A DNA stretch of 64,000 nt from Lingula anatina (taxonomy: Eukaryota; Animalia; Brachiopoda): positions 62,001 to 126,000 of the forward strand of contig CM120643.1 in assembly GCA_051362555.1 (NCBI GenBank). Direction: 5' to 3'. Of this stretch, positions 34,920 to 50,254 are shown one piece after another; within the stretch, counting starts at the first letter, position 1, and each line of letters opens with the position of its first letter. The notes under the pieces are model-generated. The model did no database searches. It was given only the letters and a program-made list of their open reading frames with translations, and was not told the origin of the DNA. Position numbers and translations under genes: made by a program.

Positions 34920-37900
34920 ATGGCTTCGATCGAGGTTTTGGTTACGCTGTTGGTCGTGTCCTTTTTACACGTAAGTGTTATTCTAAAGTGTGATCAGGCT
35001 GATCTTTGAGGTAATGTTAAGGGGATATCCACAGTTCATGTTCTCCAGGAGTTCAGTGAATAGACTGTTTTTGTTTTGTTTGTACACGTGGCGTTGGAAC
35101 AATGACAGTTTACACACTACATGTACCGCAGTAAAAAAGTTTACCTGATTGTGAACGGCGATGTTATAAAAAAGAGAAACATATATTGAACATGATGTTC
35201 ACTTTGTGAAATGGATAGTCTAACTTTTTTGTTTACTTTTTCATTCTACATTCGTGAAAACGCACTTTAAGTAACTTTACAATAATACTACTACAACTAA
35301 TAATAATAAATAAGAAAGAAATGTTCGAGATCTATCTCTAACACCGCTTTTTGTCAACTGTGACTTCAAAAGTCATGCTCAGCTGTCACTTTGATTGCAT
35401 GGTTACTATAGAAAACGATTAACGTAAAATTACTACACTTTTTCAATAATTGGACATGTATAAACTGTAAAACCACATAATATGAGATCTTACCGTGCCA
35501 TAATAGTGTACCACAAAGCAAAAAGAAAAAAAAAAACAACAACATCAGAATCAGTTAAAGTATTCAAAACGAATGGCGTTTGCAGTTAAATCCCACATAG
35601 TCAATAAAATAGAGAGAGCTTGTGAAACAAGAACCCTTCATGCACATTCAAAACTCAGAATAAAATAGAGACGGTCATCAAATCACACTCAAACTCACAG
35701 CAATTACATTTAAAGCTCTAGGCTACATCGTTCCATTCATCATTTGTTAATCCCACTTAATTGGAGATTGGTAGAAATCCTCATTAAATGCGTACAATGT
35801 ACGAAGTCCACGCCTGCAGACTCCAAACAACAAGCATTTTCTAACCAGTCATGGCGCAGCCGAGTATGGTCAGACCAAAAACACTAATTTCTTTGACATC
35901 TTGAATTTTACTTCTTTTTTACCTGATGTCCCATGTAGAGAGAGACAGCTACTGTAGTCACTTGTTGATACAGGTTCATGTCAATTAAACACAGGTTGAT
36001 CGTTTTGATAACAATTTTGGATGATATATACAAGTCAGTATTGCCACTGTTGCAGGAAGGGCAGGCAGCCACAGCGCAGGTGACAAAGACCGTGTTCTTT
36101 GACATTGAAATAGGAGGGGAAAAAGCTGGAAGAATAGAGATTGGATTGTTTGGAGATGTTGTTCCAAAAACTGTGGAAAACTTTGTGCAGCTGGCAACAG
36201 GACAGAATGGCTATGGCTACAAAGGAAGCTTATTCCATCGTGTTATCTCAGATTTTATGATCCAAGGTGAGTTTTTCTTTCTGTGTAAAACATTCAGAAT
36301 TCTATACAGTAGTTACACAGTTCTTTTTTAAAACACTAAGCTAAAAAAGGAAGTCTTTGTTACATGAAAGTACAGTTTAATTGGAGAATAGAAGAATGAC
36401 CATATACTAGTAAATTAATTCTCTTTCAGAAAGAAAACTGTTTTGTCCTCAATTCTCTGTTTTATCCATCCTTGCACTTGTCAGATGTATTATGATTAAG
36501 TGATTTAGTTTAAATGTGCCATAGCAGACATATAAAATATGACAGTCTGGAAAATGTTCTAATATGTAAAATATACTTTTAATGTGGACAAATATCAGGA
36601 AGAAAATTTGTTTGAATGAAATTCAGAGATGAAAATGAGATATAAGAGACCACAGTAAATGCTGCATTTCTGTGTAAAATTTCATTTTCTTTGATGTTGA
36701 ATTTTATCAGGAATTGTTCACTAGTAGGAAATCTAGGTAGGGATTAAACTGCAGACAATGCTTTTAAAAGGAACATTAAGTAACCCAAAATGTTCATCTA
36801 CAGAGGCTGCAGTGATGTGATAGTGAGGGAATGCTGAGAGTTCAGAGTTAAGTGTCATTAAGAAGTGTTAAGATAAACCCATAGAATACAAAGTGGGTGG
36901 AAACTATTTAATGTTGTATTTTATATGTCACTTAATGCGTGGTGGTGGTTAGTGCATTGAGGCATAGTTTGGATATTATTCACACTTTCTTTTTGTTGAA
37001 ATGTGTGATAATGGAATGTTTGGCTATATCCCCACTTTTAAATGCTCTTTGAAATGTATGTGGTGACTTCATTCATAACTATGTGTCATCACTGAATTAC
37101 TTTCTCCATTTTATTAACTGATGCAGTAAATAATGTAGAGGGAATGTTAAAGACAAATTAAAACCACAGAGTGTTTTTCTGAGTATCATGATCAACACTT
37201 GGTGTGTGGTTGTCATATGGATTTTGGTTCAGATTATGAAAGGTTTGAGGGACAAAACAATAATGTCATTTTCTTTTGAATTTAATACAAAATTGAATTT
37301 CACGAAGTGTGATAATAGAGACTTTACAAATAAATATTTGCTTTACTTAAAAGATCCTTTTACCATAGGAAATTAGTCTGATGATGTGGTAATAACCTCT
37401 TCTTGTAGTGTGCAATCAGCTGAGCTATATCAGATGAAACTGACATGATGGACACTGAAATATTAGAGTGCCAAAATGAACTTGTTTTAAAGGTACAATG
37501 TACATACAAACTGAGCATCGGAGGAGTGTGGATTCCCATTACCACATATATACCACTTTTACTAGTTTCTTATACGAGTCAAATAAATTCGACATGCGAA
37601 GGGATAAACTGAATAGATCACTCGATCAGCTGTAAAAGAGCTTTAGACTGCTCCTTTCTTAAAATTTCTGGTCAAAACTTTAACCTACTTTTGTGACCTA
37701 CTTTTCTGCCCATTGACATACAGCATAGAATGCTAGCAGAAAAATCTGTTCAAACGTCATTTTCAGGTAAAATTATACAATGCCTTTTGGTATTTCCCTT
37801 AGTTATACTACTTGAAACTATATGCTGGCATTTGGTTGGCTTTTGTGGCAAAAAATTGACTATGCATCTTTCACCCCATTTCCATAGATTTTTAGATCGA

Positions 37901-39893
37901 TCTATCCCTGTGGGGAGTCTCACTAGATTACTGTCAGCTTGGCCGGCTTAAGCGTCTGTCCCGCCTACTAAAAGCTGTAAGGGGGTAATTAACTATGGTG
38001 TCTGCTCGGCTGACTGCAATTTAGCCTGAACCCCCAGGGAGTTAGGTTGATCTAAAACTTAATCTTTAGATGGATCTAAATCTCTGGGAAAGCACCCTTT
38101 AACTCTTGATTCAAACTGGTTGTAGGGTTGTAACTGTACTAAGTTGAAAAACCAGTGTTGGAATTCTTTACTGATGATTAAAAGCAATTCATTTTGAGAT
38201 TTAAACAACTTTTTGGGAGGTGTAGGGTGGGTTAGGAAATCTCCTTCTCTGGCAATTGTCAATGTTGACTTAGTTAACAGGTGTGGTTATTAAGTGTCAT
38301 AAGTGTGTGTGTGTGTGGGGGGGGGGGGACTATTAGGGTGTATCCAGGAATTTATTGGGGGTGTATTATTTTGGTAAAACCAGGGGCTGACTGAGTAGGG
38401 GGGGCTGAGAGGGGGGGCTGAGAGGGGGGCTGAGAGGGGGGACTGAGAGGGGGGGCTGAGAGGGGGGCTGAGAGGGGGACGGGGGGGGGACTGAGAGGGG
38501 GGGCTGAGAGGGGGGCTGAGAGGGGGACGGGGGGGGACTGAGAGGGGGGGCTGAGAGGGGGACTGAGAGGGGGACGGGGGGGGGCTGAGAGGGGGACGGG
38601 GGGGGACTGAGAGGGGGGGCTGAGAGGGGGACTGAGAGGGGGGCTGAGAGGGGGACGGGGGGGGCTGAGAGGGGGGCTGAGAGGGGGACGGGGGGGGGGA
38701 CTGAGAGGGGGGCTGAGAGGGGGGCTGAGAGGGGGGCTGAGAGGGGGACTGAGAGAGGGGGCTGAGAGGGGGACTGAGAGGGGGGCTGAGAGGGGGACTG
38801 AGAGAGGGGGCTGAGAGGGGGACTGAGAGAGGGGGGCTGAGAGGGGGACTGAGAGGGGGGCTGAGAGGGGGACTGAGAGGGGACTGAGAGGGGGGAGGTA
38901 CTAATGAGGGATAGACCTCTCATGATATTTACATGTCTACATTACGTTACATAAATTTTGAAAAACTTCATTTTCTTTTCAGACAATCTCCATTTCACTG
39001 TGTAACACTTGGGTTTCTATTATACTTATGATACCATGGCTTTCCAATTTTGTGAATGTCTGACTTTGTAACAGCTGTTTTTGTCTTTAGCCAGGTAGAT
39101 ACATCTTTAGACTGAATTTTATGTACACATTGTTGGCATGGTGTCCTGTTATATATTTTGTATTCAATGTAGAACGTCAACTCATTGTGTCACACAACCT
39201 TGTAGGTGGAGATTTTGAGAGGGGGGACGGTACAGGAGGCAAGAGTATTTATGGTGACAATTTTCCTGATGAGAACTTTGAGCTGGAGCATTTAGGGCCA
39301 GGGTTTGTTAGTATGGCCAATGCAGGTGAGTAAGTGGTTACTGCACTTAACAAGTACATAGAATGTTATGTTATCATTTTGTGTAAAATATCTTACTTGA
39401 GATACTCAGATTACTGTACTAAATAGAGGAATAGAAGGAAGGTTGGTTTAATGTAGTACAGATCTATATACGAAGTCACATGGGTATGGACATGAAACCA
39501 ACAGATGATTCCTGTGTCTCTTTTTAAAATTATATGTATACTTGGATTTATTTACAGCATTTTATGTGGTGTAATTTTCTCAAGGGAGAATGTGTTATTG
39601 ATTTATTTACTTATATTTATTGATGACCCAGTTATTATATATTTCTAGGGAAAGATACCAATGGATCTCAGTTCTTTATAACGTGTATAAAAACTGACTG
39701 GCTAGATGGCCGCCATGTTGTTTTTGGTGCAGTGACCAAAGGCATGGATGTGGTACGCAGGATTGAGAAAACAGCCACGGATCGTTATGATAAACCCAAG
39801 AAAGATTGCGTAATTGTTGACAGTGGGTTGACAGATACAGACCCAGAAGTGATGAAAAAAGAGATGAAAGACCTTGTCCTTGAAGAACACTAG
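34920..39893 (+). CDS. PPIB: Peptidyl-prolyl cis-trans isomerase, cyclophilin B type (secretory pathway)
   Basis: Exons 34920-34970 (signal peptide [17 protein letters not shown]), 36056-36266 ([25 protein letters not shown]...[12 protein letters not shown]), 39206-39325 ([16 protein letters not shown]...SMANAG), 39649-39893 ([11 protein letters not shown]...[10 protein letters not shown]...stop). Confidence 0.9.
38395..38898 (+). repeat. G-rich (GAGAGGGGGGCT-like) low-complexity repeat
   Basis: ~40 units of 11-13 bp with G5-G9 runs in cyclophilin intron 2. Confidence 0.92.
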
Positions 39894-40144
39894 ACTACCT
39901 GCCTTGGACACCTACACTACAGAGGAATGACTTTGTGAGGGTAATGCTTAGTTGATGTCTTCTGGTTGGGAAATGTTACATTTGATGCTGGTTTGCAATG
40001 AAAGACCATGTGATTTATGAAATAGAGACAGTCTCAGACTAAAATATTATAATTAAAGTGGTACCAAATCCCTTGCAGGCAGTTTTTGTAAGATTTAAAG
40101 AATATCCATTAACAGATTTTGATGACCAAACGTAGAGTTAGATG

Positions 40145-43100
40145 CTTTATATATATTTATATCCATTACTGTAAAACAAAAGAAAGCCACAACTACTTAA
40201 ATTATATACTTTATACCCACTACTGTAAAACAAAAGAAAGCCACGACTACTTTATATACTTTATACCCACTACTGTAAAACAAAAGAAAGCCATGACTAC
40301 TTTATATACTTCATACCCACTACTGTAAAACAAAAGAAAGCCACGACTACTTTATATACTTTATACCCACTACTGTAAAACAAAAGAAATCCACGACTAC
40401 TTTATATACTTTATATCCACTACTGTAAAACAAAAGATAGCAACGACTACTTTATATACTGTATACCCACTACTGTAAAACAAAAGAAATCCACGACTAC
40501 TTTATATACTTTATATCCACTACTGTGAAACAAAAGAAAGCCACGACTACTTTATATACTTTATACCCACTACTGTGAAACAAAAGAAAGCCACGACTAC
40601 TTTATATACTTTATACCCACTACTGTGAAACAAAAGAAAGCCACGACTACTTTATATACTTTATACCCACTACTGTGAAACAAAAGAAAGCCACGACTAC
40701 TTTATATACTTTATACCCACTACTGTGAAACAAAAGAAAGCCACGACTACTTTATATACTTTATACCCACTACTGTGAAACAAAAGAAAGCCACGACTAC
40801 TTTATATACTTTATACCCACTACTGTGAAACAAAAGAAAGCCACGACTACTTTATATACTTTATACCCACTACTGTGAAACAAAAGAAAGCCACGACTAC
40901 TTTATATACTTTATACCCACTACTGTGAAACAAAAGAAAGCCACGACTACTTTATATACTTTATACCCACTACTGTGAAACAAAAGAAAGCCACGACTAC
41001 TTTATATACTTTATACCCACTACTGTGAAACAAAAGAAAGCCACGACTACTTTATATACTTTATACCCACTACTGTGAAACAAAAGAAAGCCACGACTAC
41101 TTTATATACTTTATACCCACTACTGTGAAACAAAAGAAAGCCACGACTACTTTATATACTTTATACCCACTACTGTGAAACAAAAGAAAGCCACGACTAC
41201 TTTATATACTTTATACCCACTACTGTGAAACAAAAGAAAGCCACGACTACTTTATATACTTTATACCCACTACTGTGAAACAAAAGAAAGCCACGACTAC
41301 TTTATATACTTTATACCCACTACTGTGAAACAAAAGAAAGCCACGACTACTTTATATACTTTATACCCACTACTGTGAAACAAAAGAAAGCCACGACTAC
41401 TTTATATACTTTATACCCACTACTGTGAAACAAAAGAAAGCCACGACTACTTTATATACTTTATACCCACTACTGTGAAACAAAAGAAAGCCACGACTAC
41501 TTTATATACTTTATACCCACTACTGTGAAACAAAAGAAAGCCACGACTACTTTATATACTTTATACCCACTACTGTGAAACAAAAGAAAGCCACGACTAC
41601 TTTATATACTTTATACCCACTACTGTGAAACAAAAGAAAGCCACGACTACTTTATATACTTTATACCCACTACTGTGAAACAAAAGAAAGCCACGACTAC
41701 TTTATATACTTTATACCCACTACTGTGAAACAAAAGAAAGCCACGACTACTTTATATACTTTATACCCACTACTGTGAAACAAAAGAAAGCCACGACTAC
41801 TTTATATACTTTATACCCACTACTGTGAAACAAAAGAAAGCCACGACTACTTTATATACTTTATACCCACTACTGTGAAACAAAAGAAAGCCACGACTAC
41901 TTTATATACTTTATACCCACTACTGTGAAACAAAAGAAAGCCACGACTACTTTATATACTTTATACCCACTACTGTGAAACAAAAGAAAGCCACGACTAC
42001 TTTATATACTTTATACCCACTACTGTGAAACAAAAGAAAGCCACGACTACTTTATATACTTTATACCCACTACTGTGAAACAAAAGAAAGCCACGACTAC
42101 TTTATATACTTTATACCCACTACTGTGAAACAAAAGAAAGCCACGACTACTTTATATACTTTATACCCACTACTGTGAAACAAAAGAAAGCCACGACTAC
42201 TTTATATACTTTATACCCACTACTGTGAAACAAAAGAAAGCCACGACTACTTTATATACTTTATACCCACTACTGTGAAACAAAAGAAAGCCACGACTAC
42301 TTTATATACTTTTTACCCACTACTGTGAAACAAAAGAAAGCCACGACTACTTTATATACTTTTTACCCACTACTGTGAAACAAAAGAAAGCCACGACTAC
42401 TTTATATACTTTTTACCCACTACTGTGAAACAAAAGAAAGCCACGACTACTTTATATACTTTTTACCCACTACTGTGAAACAAAAGAAAGCCACGACTAC
42501 TTTATATACTTTTTACCCACTACTGTGAAACAAAAGAAAGCCACGACTACTTTATATACTTTATACCCACTACTGTGAAACAAAAGAAAGCCACGACTAC
42601 TTTATATACTTTATACCCACTACTGTGAAACAAAAGAAAGCCACGACTACTTTATATACTTTATACTCACTACTGTGAAACAAAAGAAAGCCACGACTAC
42701 TTTATATACTTTATACCCACTACTGTGAAACAAAAGAAAGCCACGACTACTTTATATACTTTATACCCACTACTGTGAAACAAAAGAAAGCCACGACTAC
42801 TTTATATACTTTATACCCACTACTGTGAAACAAAAGAAAGCCACGACTACTTTATATACTTTATACCCACTACTGTGAAACAAAAGAAAGCCACGACTAC
42901 TTTATATACTTTATACTCACTACTGTAAAACAAAAGAAAGCCACGACTACTTTATATACTTTATACTCACTACTGTAAAACAAAAGAAAGCCACGACTAC
43001 TTTATATACTTTATACTCACTACTGTAAAACAAAAGAAAGCCACGACTACTTTATATACTTTATACTCACTACTGTAAAACAAAAGAAAGCCATGACTAC

Positions 43101-44606
43101 TTTATATACTTTATACCCACTACTGTAAAACAAAAGAAAGCCACGACTACTTTATATACTTTATACTCACTACTGTAAAACAAAAGAAAGCCACGACTAC
43201 TTTATATACTTTATACTCACTACTGTAAAACAAAAGAAAGCCACGACTACTTTATATACTTTATACCCACTACTGTAAAACAAAAGAAAGCCACGACTAC
43301 TTTATATACTTTATACTCACTACTGTAAAACAAAAGAAAGCCAGGACTACTTTATATACTTTATACTCACTACTGTCAAACAAAAGAAAGCCACGACTAC
43401 TTTATATACTTTATACCCACTACTGTGAAACAAAAGAAAGCCACGACTACTTTATATACTTTATACTCACTACTGTAAAACAAAAGAAAGCCAGGACTAC
43501 TTTATATACTTTATACTCACTACTGTAAAACAAAAGAAAGCCATGACTACTTTATATACTTTATACCCACTACTGTGAAACAAAAGAAAGCCACGACTAC
43601 TTTATATACTTTATACCCACTACTGTAAAACAAAAGAAAGCCACGACTACTTTATATACTTTATACCCACTACTGTAAAACAAAAGAAAGCCAGGACTAC
43701 TTTATATACTTTATACCCACTACTGTAAAACAAAAGAAAGCCACGACTACTTTATATACTTTATACCCACTACTGTAAAACAAAAGAAAGCCAGGACTAC
43801 TTTATATACTTTATACCCACTACTGTAAAACAAAAGAAAGCCACGACTACTTTATATACTTTATACCCACTACTGTAAAACAAAAGAAAGCCAGGACTAC
43901 TTTATATACTTTATACCCACTACTGTAAAACAAAAGAAAGCCACGACTACTTTATATACTTTATACCCACTACTGTAAAACAAAAGAAAGCCACGACTAC
44001 TTTATATACTTTATACTCACTACTGTAAAACAAAAGAAAGCCAGGACTACTTTATATACTTTATACTCACTACTGTAAAACAAAAGAAAGCCACGACTAC
44101 TTTATATACTTTATACCCACTACTGTAAAACAAAAGAAAGCCACGACTACTTTATATACTTTATACTCACTACTGTAAAACAAAAGAAAGCCATGACTAC
44201 TTTATATACTTTATACTCACTACTGTGAAACAAAAGAAAGCCACGACTACTTTATATACTTTATACCCACTACTGTGAAACAAAAGAAAGCCACGACTAC
44301 TTTATATACTTTATACCCACTACTGTGAAACAAAAGAAAGCCATGACTACTTTATATACTTTATACCCACTACTGTAAAACAAAAGAAAGCCATGACTAC
44401 TTTATATACTTTATACCCACTACTGTAAAACAAAAGAAAGCCACGACTACTTTATATACTTTATATCCACTACTGTAAAACAAAAGAAAGCCACGACTAC
44501 TTTATATACTTTATACCCACTACTGTAAAACAAAAGAAAGCCACGACTACTTTATATACTTTATACTCACTACTGTAAAACAAAAGAAAGCCATGACTAC
44601 TTTATA
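40145..44606. repeat. 50-bp satellite array (~89 copies, 4.4 kb)
   Basis: Unit tactgtgaaacaaaagaaagccacgactactttatatactttatacccac. Confidence 0.98.
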
Positions 44607-45771
44607 CTCATTATTGTCAGTTGCATATCTAGTCTGTTCAGTGCCAGTGATGCCACTGACTGGAGACTGGTGCTGATGCAGTGGAGAGTTTACCTTTTCT
44701 ACCAATATCAAATATTTTCTTATGTCCTCTTTACACTTTGCTAATACCTTTAGAAGTGTCATAAGTCAATGCTGACATGCCAATTAATAGCTATAAGTCA
44801 TTCAGCTATTTTTAGATTTTCAAATTTTTAATTGAATTACAAGATCTTAACAAACGTGATTTGTGTAAAAATAATGATCATGTTTCATCTCCAGCTGTTG
44901 TGTAAGGTATTCAGTTTCAGTGGTCCTCCAACAAGATCTGATGTTGTTTTTTGGTATTATGGATGAATTTGTTTTTGGCTTTACATATGTATATAACTAC
45001 TGTTCTGCATGGTTTGGAGTATCACAAGAAATATGATGTCAGTAGTGTGATGTCTACAAACATCTGCCATATGAAGTATTTCTATATCCTGTAGCACTCC
45101 TTCTGAATGCTGGCAGTATATATATATATATATGTACCACTCTGTTAGTGTTTGTCAGATCAGCTGTAGCACTCTTCTGAATGCTGGCAGCTATAATATT
45201 GAAGTTAAAGAAGTAACACAGTGAGATAATTGTAATAAGAGATTGGGTCTATAATTTTATTTTATTAACTGGATCATTGCAGATGTTTGTGAAAATAACA
45301 ACGCAAATTTCTTTTGATCTTATAACAGTGCAGAAACGAATTCCGTGACTAAAATAAAAACTTTGAAATGTGAATGTTCTTTTTTGTTCTTGGAGACACT
45401 GTGGAAAGAAAAAAAGAGGATTGAAGCTTATAAACTGCCTGCTGAATTCCACACTATTTAGTTCTGTGATCTATAATGTCATCTTTGAAGAAATAAAGAT
45501 TGAGCCAAGGCAGCTCAAGTGCATGTCAATGTTTATATTGATAACTGGAGATGGATAGATATGTTATCATGGGTGTTCAGTCATTTCTTGGAATTCAGCA
45601 TGGCAACAATTGAATACAAACCATTTGGTTTTTACTTAAATAGAATCATCTAAATAGTTACTACAGGTAACCATTCTGTAAGAAATTTTGTCATAATTGA
45701 ATATGATTTGTATGGCACAAATTTGATTTGATTTTGTTCTCCGCATTTAATGCGTCTATGCTGTGTGAGGT

Positions 45772-46522
45772 TTAACAGTAGCACTGGCTTTGGGGTCCTG
45801 CGCCTGGTTGATCTGTTAAATCGACTATGGTCCCTTTGCCAAATAAAGCTCTTGGAATAGTCTGTTTACTTTTGAACTCTGCTAAAAGTTTGGCGGCTAT
45901 CTTCTCTGCAGCCTCTTTAAAACCCTCACCTGGAAAACGAAACAACGTCCTAGAAACTAACACAATAGAAAGTGAACTTTGAGACAGTCGTCAGATTGCA
46001 ATGCAACCTAATTAATGGCAGTTTGATTAATATTCGTTGAAGCTTGGACATGAAAAATAATATGTCCAAGGTGAAAGTACGCACTTAAACAGGCAAACGC
46101 AGACGCGCGTGCATATGCCTCATCGTGTGGACAGTCATGTCTTCACTTGCTGGTCCACACACCGTCATAAATACTGAGCTAGCAGGCTGTCTATGCCCTG
46201 GCCGATATTGAAGGTCCCTTGGGCTTTCTGTTCATATTTCTAGAGAGGATGGTTAAATTGGTGGCAGAAAAATTTGGCTAATCAAACTGTAGACTTACAA
46301 AGACTGCGTCCCATACCTGTTTTTGAGGACAGTCGCAATACTAGATCACAGTCATAGACCGCCGCGAAATCCTTGATTGTATCTGACGCCACACTACTAT
46401 ATAGATCCGACTTGTTGCCTATGAGGATCTTCAGGGCTAAAAAAAGTTTCGTCATGATAAGCACACTACTATCTCACATTTTACATATTGTAGACATAAT
46501 TGTACATGGTACATAATTGAAG

Positions 46523-46561
<39 letters not shown>

Positions 46562-46635
46562 GTTTACTCACGCACGCACACACACACACACACACACTAC
46601 TCAGTTCTAAAGCTATCTACCAGCAGATGAGAAGC

Positions 46636-46669
<34 letters not shown>

Positions 46670-46706
46670 CTCAGTTCTAAAGCTATCTACCAGCAGATGA
46701 GAAGCT

Positions 46707-46741
<35 letters not shown>

Positions 46742-49700
46742 CTCAGTTCTAAAGCTATCTACCAGCAGATGAGAAGCTTACACACACACACACACACACA
46801 CACTACTCAGTACTAAAGCTATCTACCAGCAGATGAGAAGCTTACACACACACACACACACACTACTCAGTACTAAAGCTATCTACCAGCAGATGAGAAG
46901 CTTACACACACACACACACACACACACACTACTCAGTACTAAAGCTATCTACCAGCAGATGAGAAGCTTACACACACACACACACACACACACACACTAC
47001 TCAGTACTAAAGCTATCTACCAGCAGATGAGAAGCTTACACACACACACACACACATACTTGTCTATGTGTACCAACCGAGGACATCAGCACAACACCAT
47101 ACAACCGAGGACATCTTATTCCTTGGTTAAATCAAAATAAAAACATTCAATTTAGGGTAAAATCTATTCGAGTATGAATGTTATAAATTAATTTTTTATA
47201 AAAACTAATTTTTTGCTGACAAGAATTTTACATTCTAACCGAGGACACACACGGACACACACACGGACAGACACTACACATTACAACCGAGGACATGCTT
47301 GCATCTACATGTAATAATGATTGTACTTTTAATGCAAAGCAAATTTTATATAGCGTTACTTTGCAGCAATTCACATTTTTATGAAATTCTTTCATATTTA
47401 AGGTAAATTCCAAAATAACACCAGAGGTGATGATTAAATGAACAGTTATACAATATTTAATGCTGGGCTTTGCCACTTTTTTAGAATTGAAGATTATGAG
47501 ATAAAACATCAATTAATTTAGGAAAAGAAAGGATACTGATGAAATAAAATAAAAGACCAAAGAAATTCGTTTTCAAACATTTTATTTTCATAATGCTTAT
47601 TTTCTATTTAGCACTCTTTTATTATCATGAATTTTGTATTTTGATAACACAAAGTGTCGTCCATTGGATACAGACTTGAACAGTACACAATTTTACAATT
47701 GAGGATATCATGCCAGCAGCACCCAAAATTGTGCTTTCTTCCAATTTGATGCAATATTATATAATGCTTAACAGCATAATTATCATCAATTTTTTATAAT
47801 AAAATATTAGTATCATGAATATTCAGAAAATGTGACTAGCAAAGGTTTTCAGGTTCATGGAACTCCAAAGTCATACTTTGAAAATGCTAAATGTATACAA
47901 GAGAGCACTGTACTGAAATGGGTTTCTTTCCATTTTTAACTTTTTTACATAAAATAATACAGTTTACTGCCATTTCACATGATCAACTAAGAAAATTGTT
48001 GAGATGGCAAAAATATCAATATAACAACTTTAAATGTCCAATTTCCTCCATTCCGAACATTGTGAATGATTGAATCTGACAAACTACAATGATACGAGTT
48101 CATTTCCATTTTGGCACTTTTTTTACACAATACAAGATAACAGGTTTACCACCATTTTTATATAATCAACTAGCAATATTGTCAAGACGCAGAAATTGTC
48201 AAACAAGCCATTTTACATATCTAGTAAATTCAATGAGACTGTTTACATGCCTGACAATCAAATCTGAGGAAAACCACTTATATACAAATAAAAGCTGAAG
48301 TCCCTCAAAACTCAACCAATCAATCTTATTTTTAAATTTGATTTGTATATAGATAACATTGATCACTCTTGTGAGTTTAATGACAACAGGCCTATCGGTT
48401 CTCCCTGAAATGTGCTTACAGTGTTACTAATATGCTTTTACTAATAATCATCAGTTCTGTGAGTTTCATGAAAACAGGCTTTAAGTTATTGGTTCTCCCT
48501 GAAATGTGCTTACAGTGTTACATATATGCTGGGAAAAAAAAAAAAAAAAAAAAAAAATATATGTTAACAGTGTTGCATGTACACTGAAAAAAGGAGAAAA
48601 AATGCAAAACTTTTGAAAATAATCACCCCATTTCCTCCATTTTGAGACACTGTATTACACAGTACATGATAACATGTTTACCGTCATATTTATATAATCA
48701 ACTAGCAATGTTGTAAAGATGCAGACAATTTCAGAGAAACACTAACATATTTACATATCTAGTTAATTCAATAATGAGACTGTCAACATGCCTGACAATC
48801 AAATCTGAGGAAAACCACTTATATACAAATAAAAGCTGAAGTCCCTCAGAACTCAACCAATCTATCTTATTTTTAAATTTGATTTGTATATAGATAACAT
48901 TGATCACTCTTGTGAGTTTAATGACAACAGGCCTATCGGTTCTCCCAGAAATGTGCTTACAGTGTTACTTATATGCTGAAAAAAAAACAGCATAACATTT
49001 GAAAGAAAAGGGCCTGGTCATGCTGATTTTCAATCTTGACCATTCTTTTACTCATAATAATCAGTTCTGTGAGTTTCATGAAAACAGGCTTTAAGTTATT
49101 GGTTCTTCCTGAAATGTGCTTACAGTGTTACTTATATGCTTAAAAAAACAGCATAACATTTGAAAGAAAAGGGCCTGGTCATGCTGATTTTCAATGTTGA
49201 CCATTCTTTTACTAATAATCATCAGTTCTGTGAGTTTCATGAAAACAGGCTTATTGGTTCTCCTTGAAATGTGCTTACAGTGTTACATATATGCTGAAAA
49301 AAAAACAGCATAACATTTGAAAGAAAAGGGCCTGGTCATGCTGATTTTCAATCTTGATCATTCTTTTTAATTTACTAATAATCATCAGTTCTCTGAGTTT
49401 CATGAAAACAGGACTATTGGTTCTCCTTGAAGTGTGTTTACAGTGTTGCATGTACACTGAAAAAAGGAGAAAAAAAATGCAAAACTTTTGAAAATAATCA
49501 CCCCATTTCCTCCATTTTGAGACACTGTATTACACAGAACATGATAACATGTTTACCGTCATATTTATTTAATCAACTAGCAATGTTGTAAAGATGCAGA
49601 AAATTTCAGACAAACACTAACATATTTACATATCTAGTTAGTTCAATAACGAAACTGTCAACATGCCTGACAATCAAATCTGAGGAAAACCACTTATATA

Positions 49701-50168
49701 CAAATAAAAGCTGAAGTCCCTCAAAACTCAACCAATCAATCTTATTTTTAAACTTGATTTGTATATAGATAACATGTAAATGCATAGCCAAAATCAAATT
49801 CTTATTCTGCATAACATTGGATTAGGATGAAAGTAAAATGTGTATCAAGCATTAGACTAAGTTCCCATACCTAGATCAATCTAACAGGATCAATCCAACT
49901 CCAAGGGGTTTCTCACTAAATTGCTTTCAGTTTGAGAGTCTTAGGATTCTGGCATGCCAGTTTCAGTAGGCGTGACAGACAACTAAGCCACTTACATTGA
50001 TTGCAATTTAGCGAGAATTCCCATGGAGATAGATCGATCCACAGTTAGCGTGATAGGGTCTGGAAATAGTCCCTAAGGTGTCAGGACGATAAGAGTTAAA
50101 CTTTGGAAATGCCAGAATGAGGTACAGTGAAAATTAAACACAAAAAAAAAAATTGCTTAAACTCATTT

Positions 50169-50254
<86 letters not shown>

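Noticed and set aside
38366-38923. Pro/Ser-rich ORF on -
   Set aside because: Translation of a G-rich low-complexity repeat.
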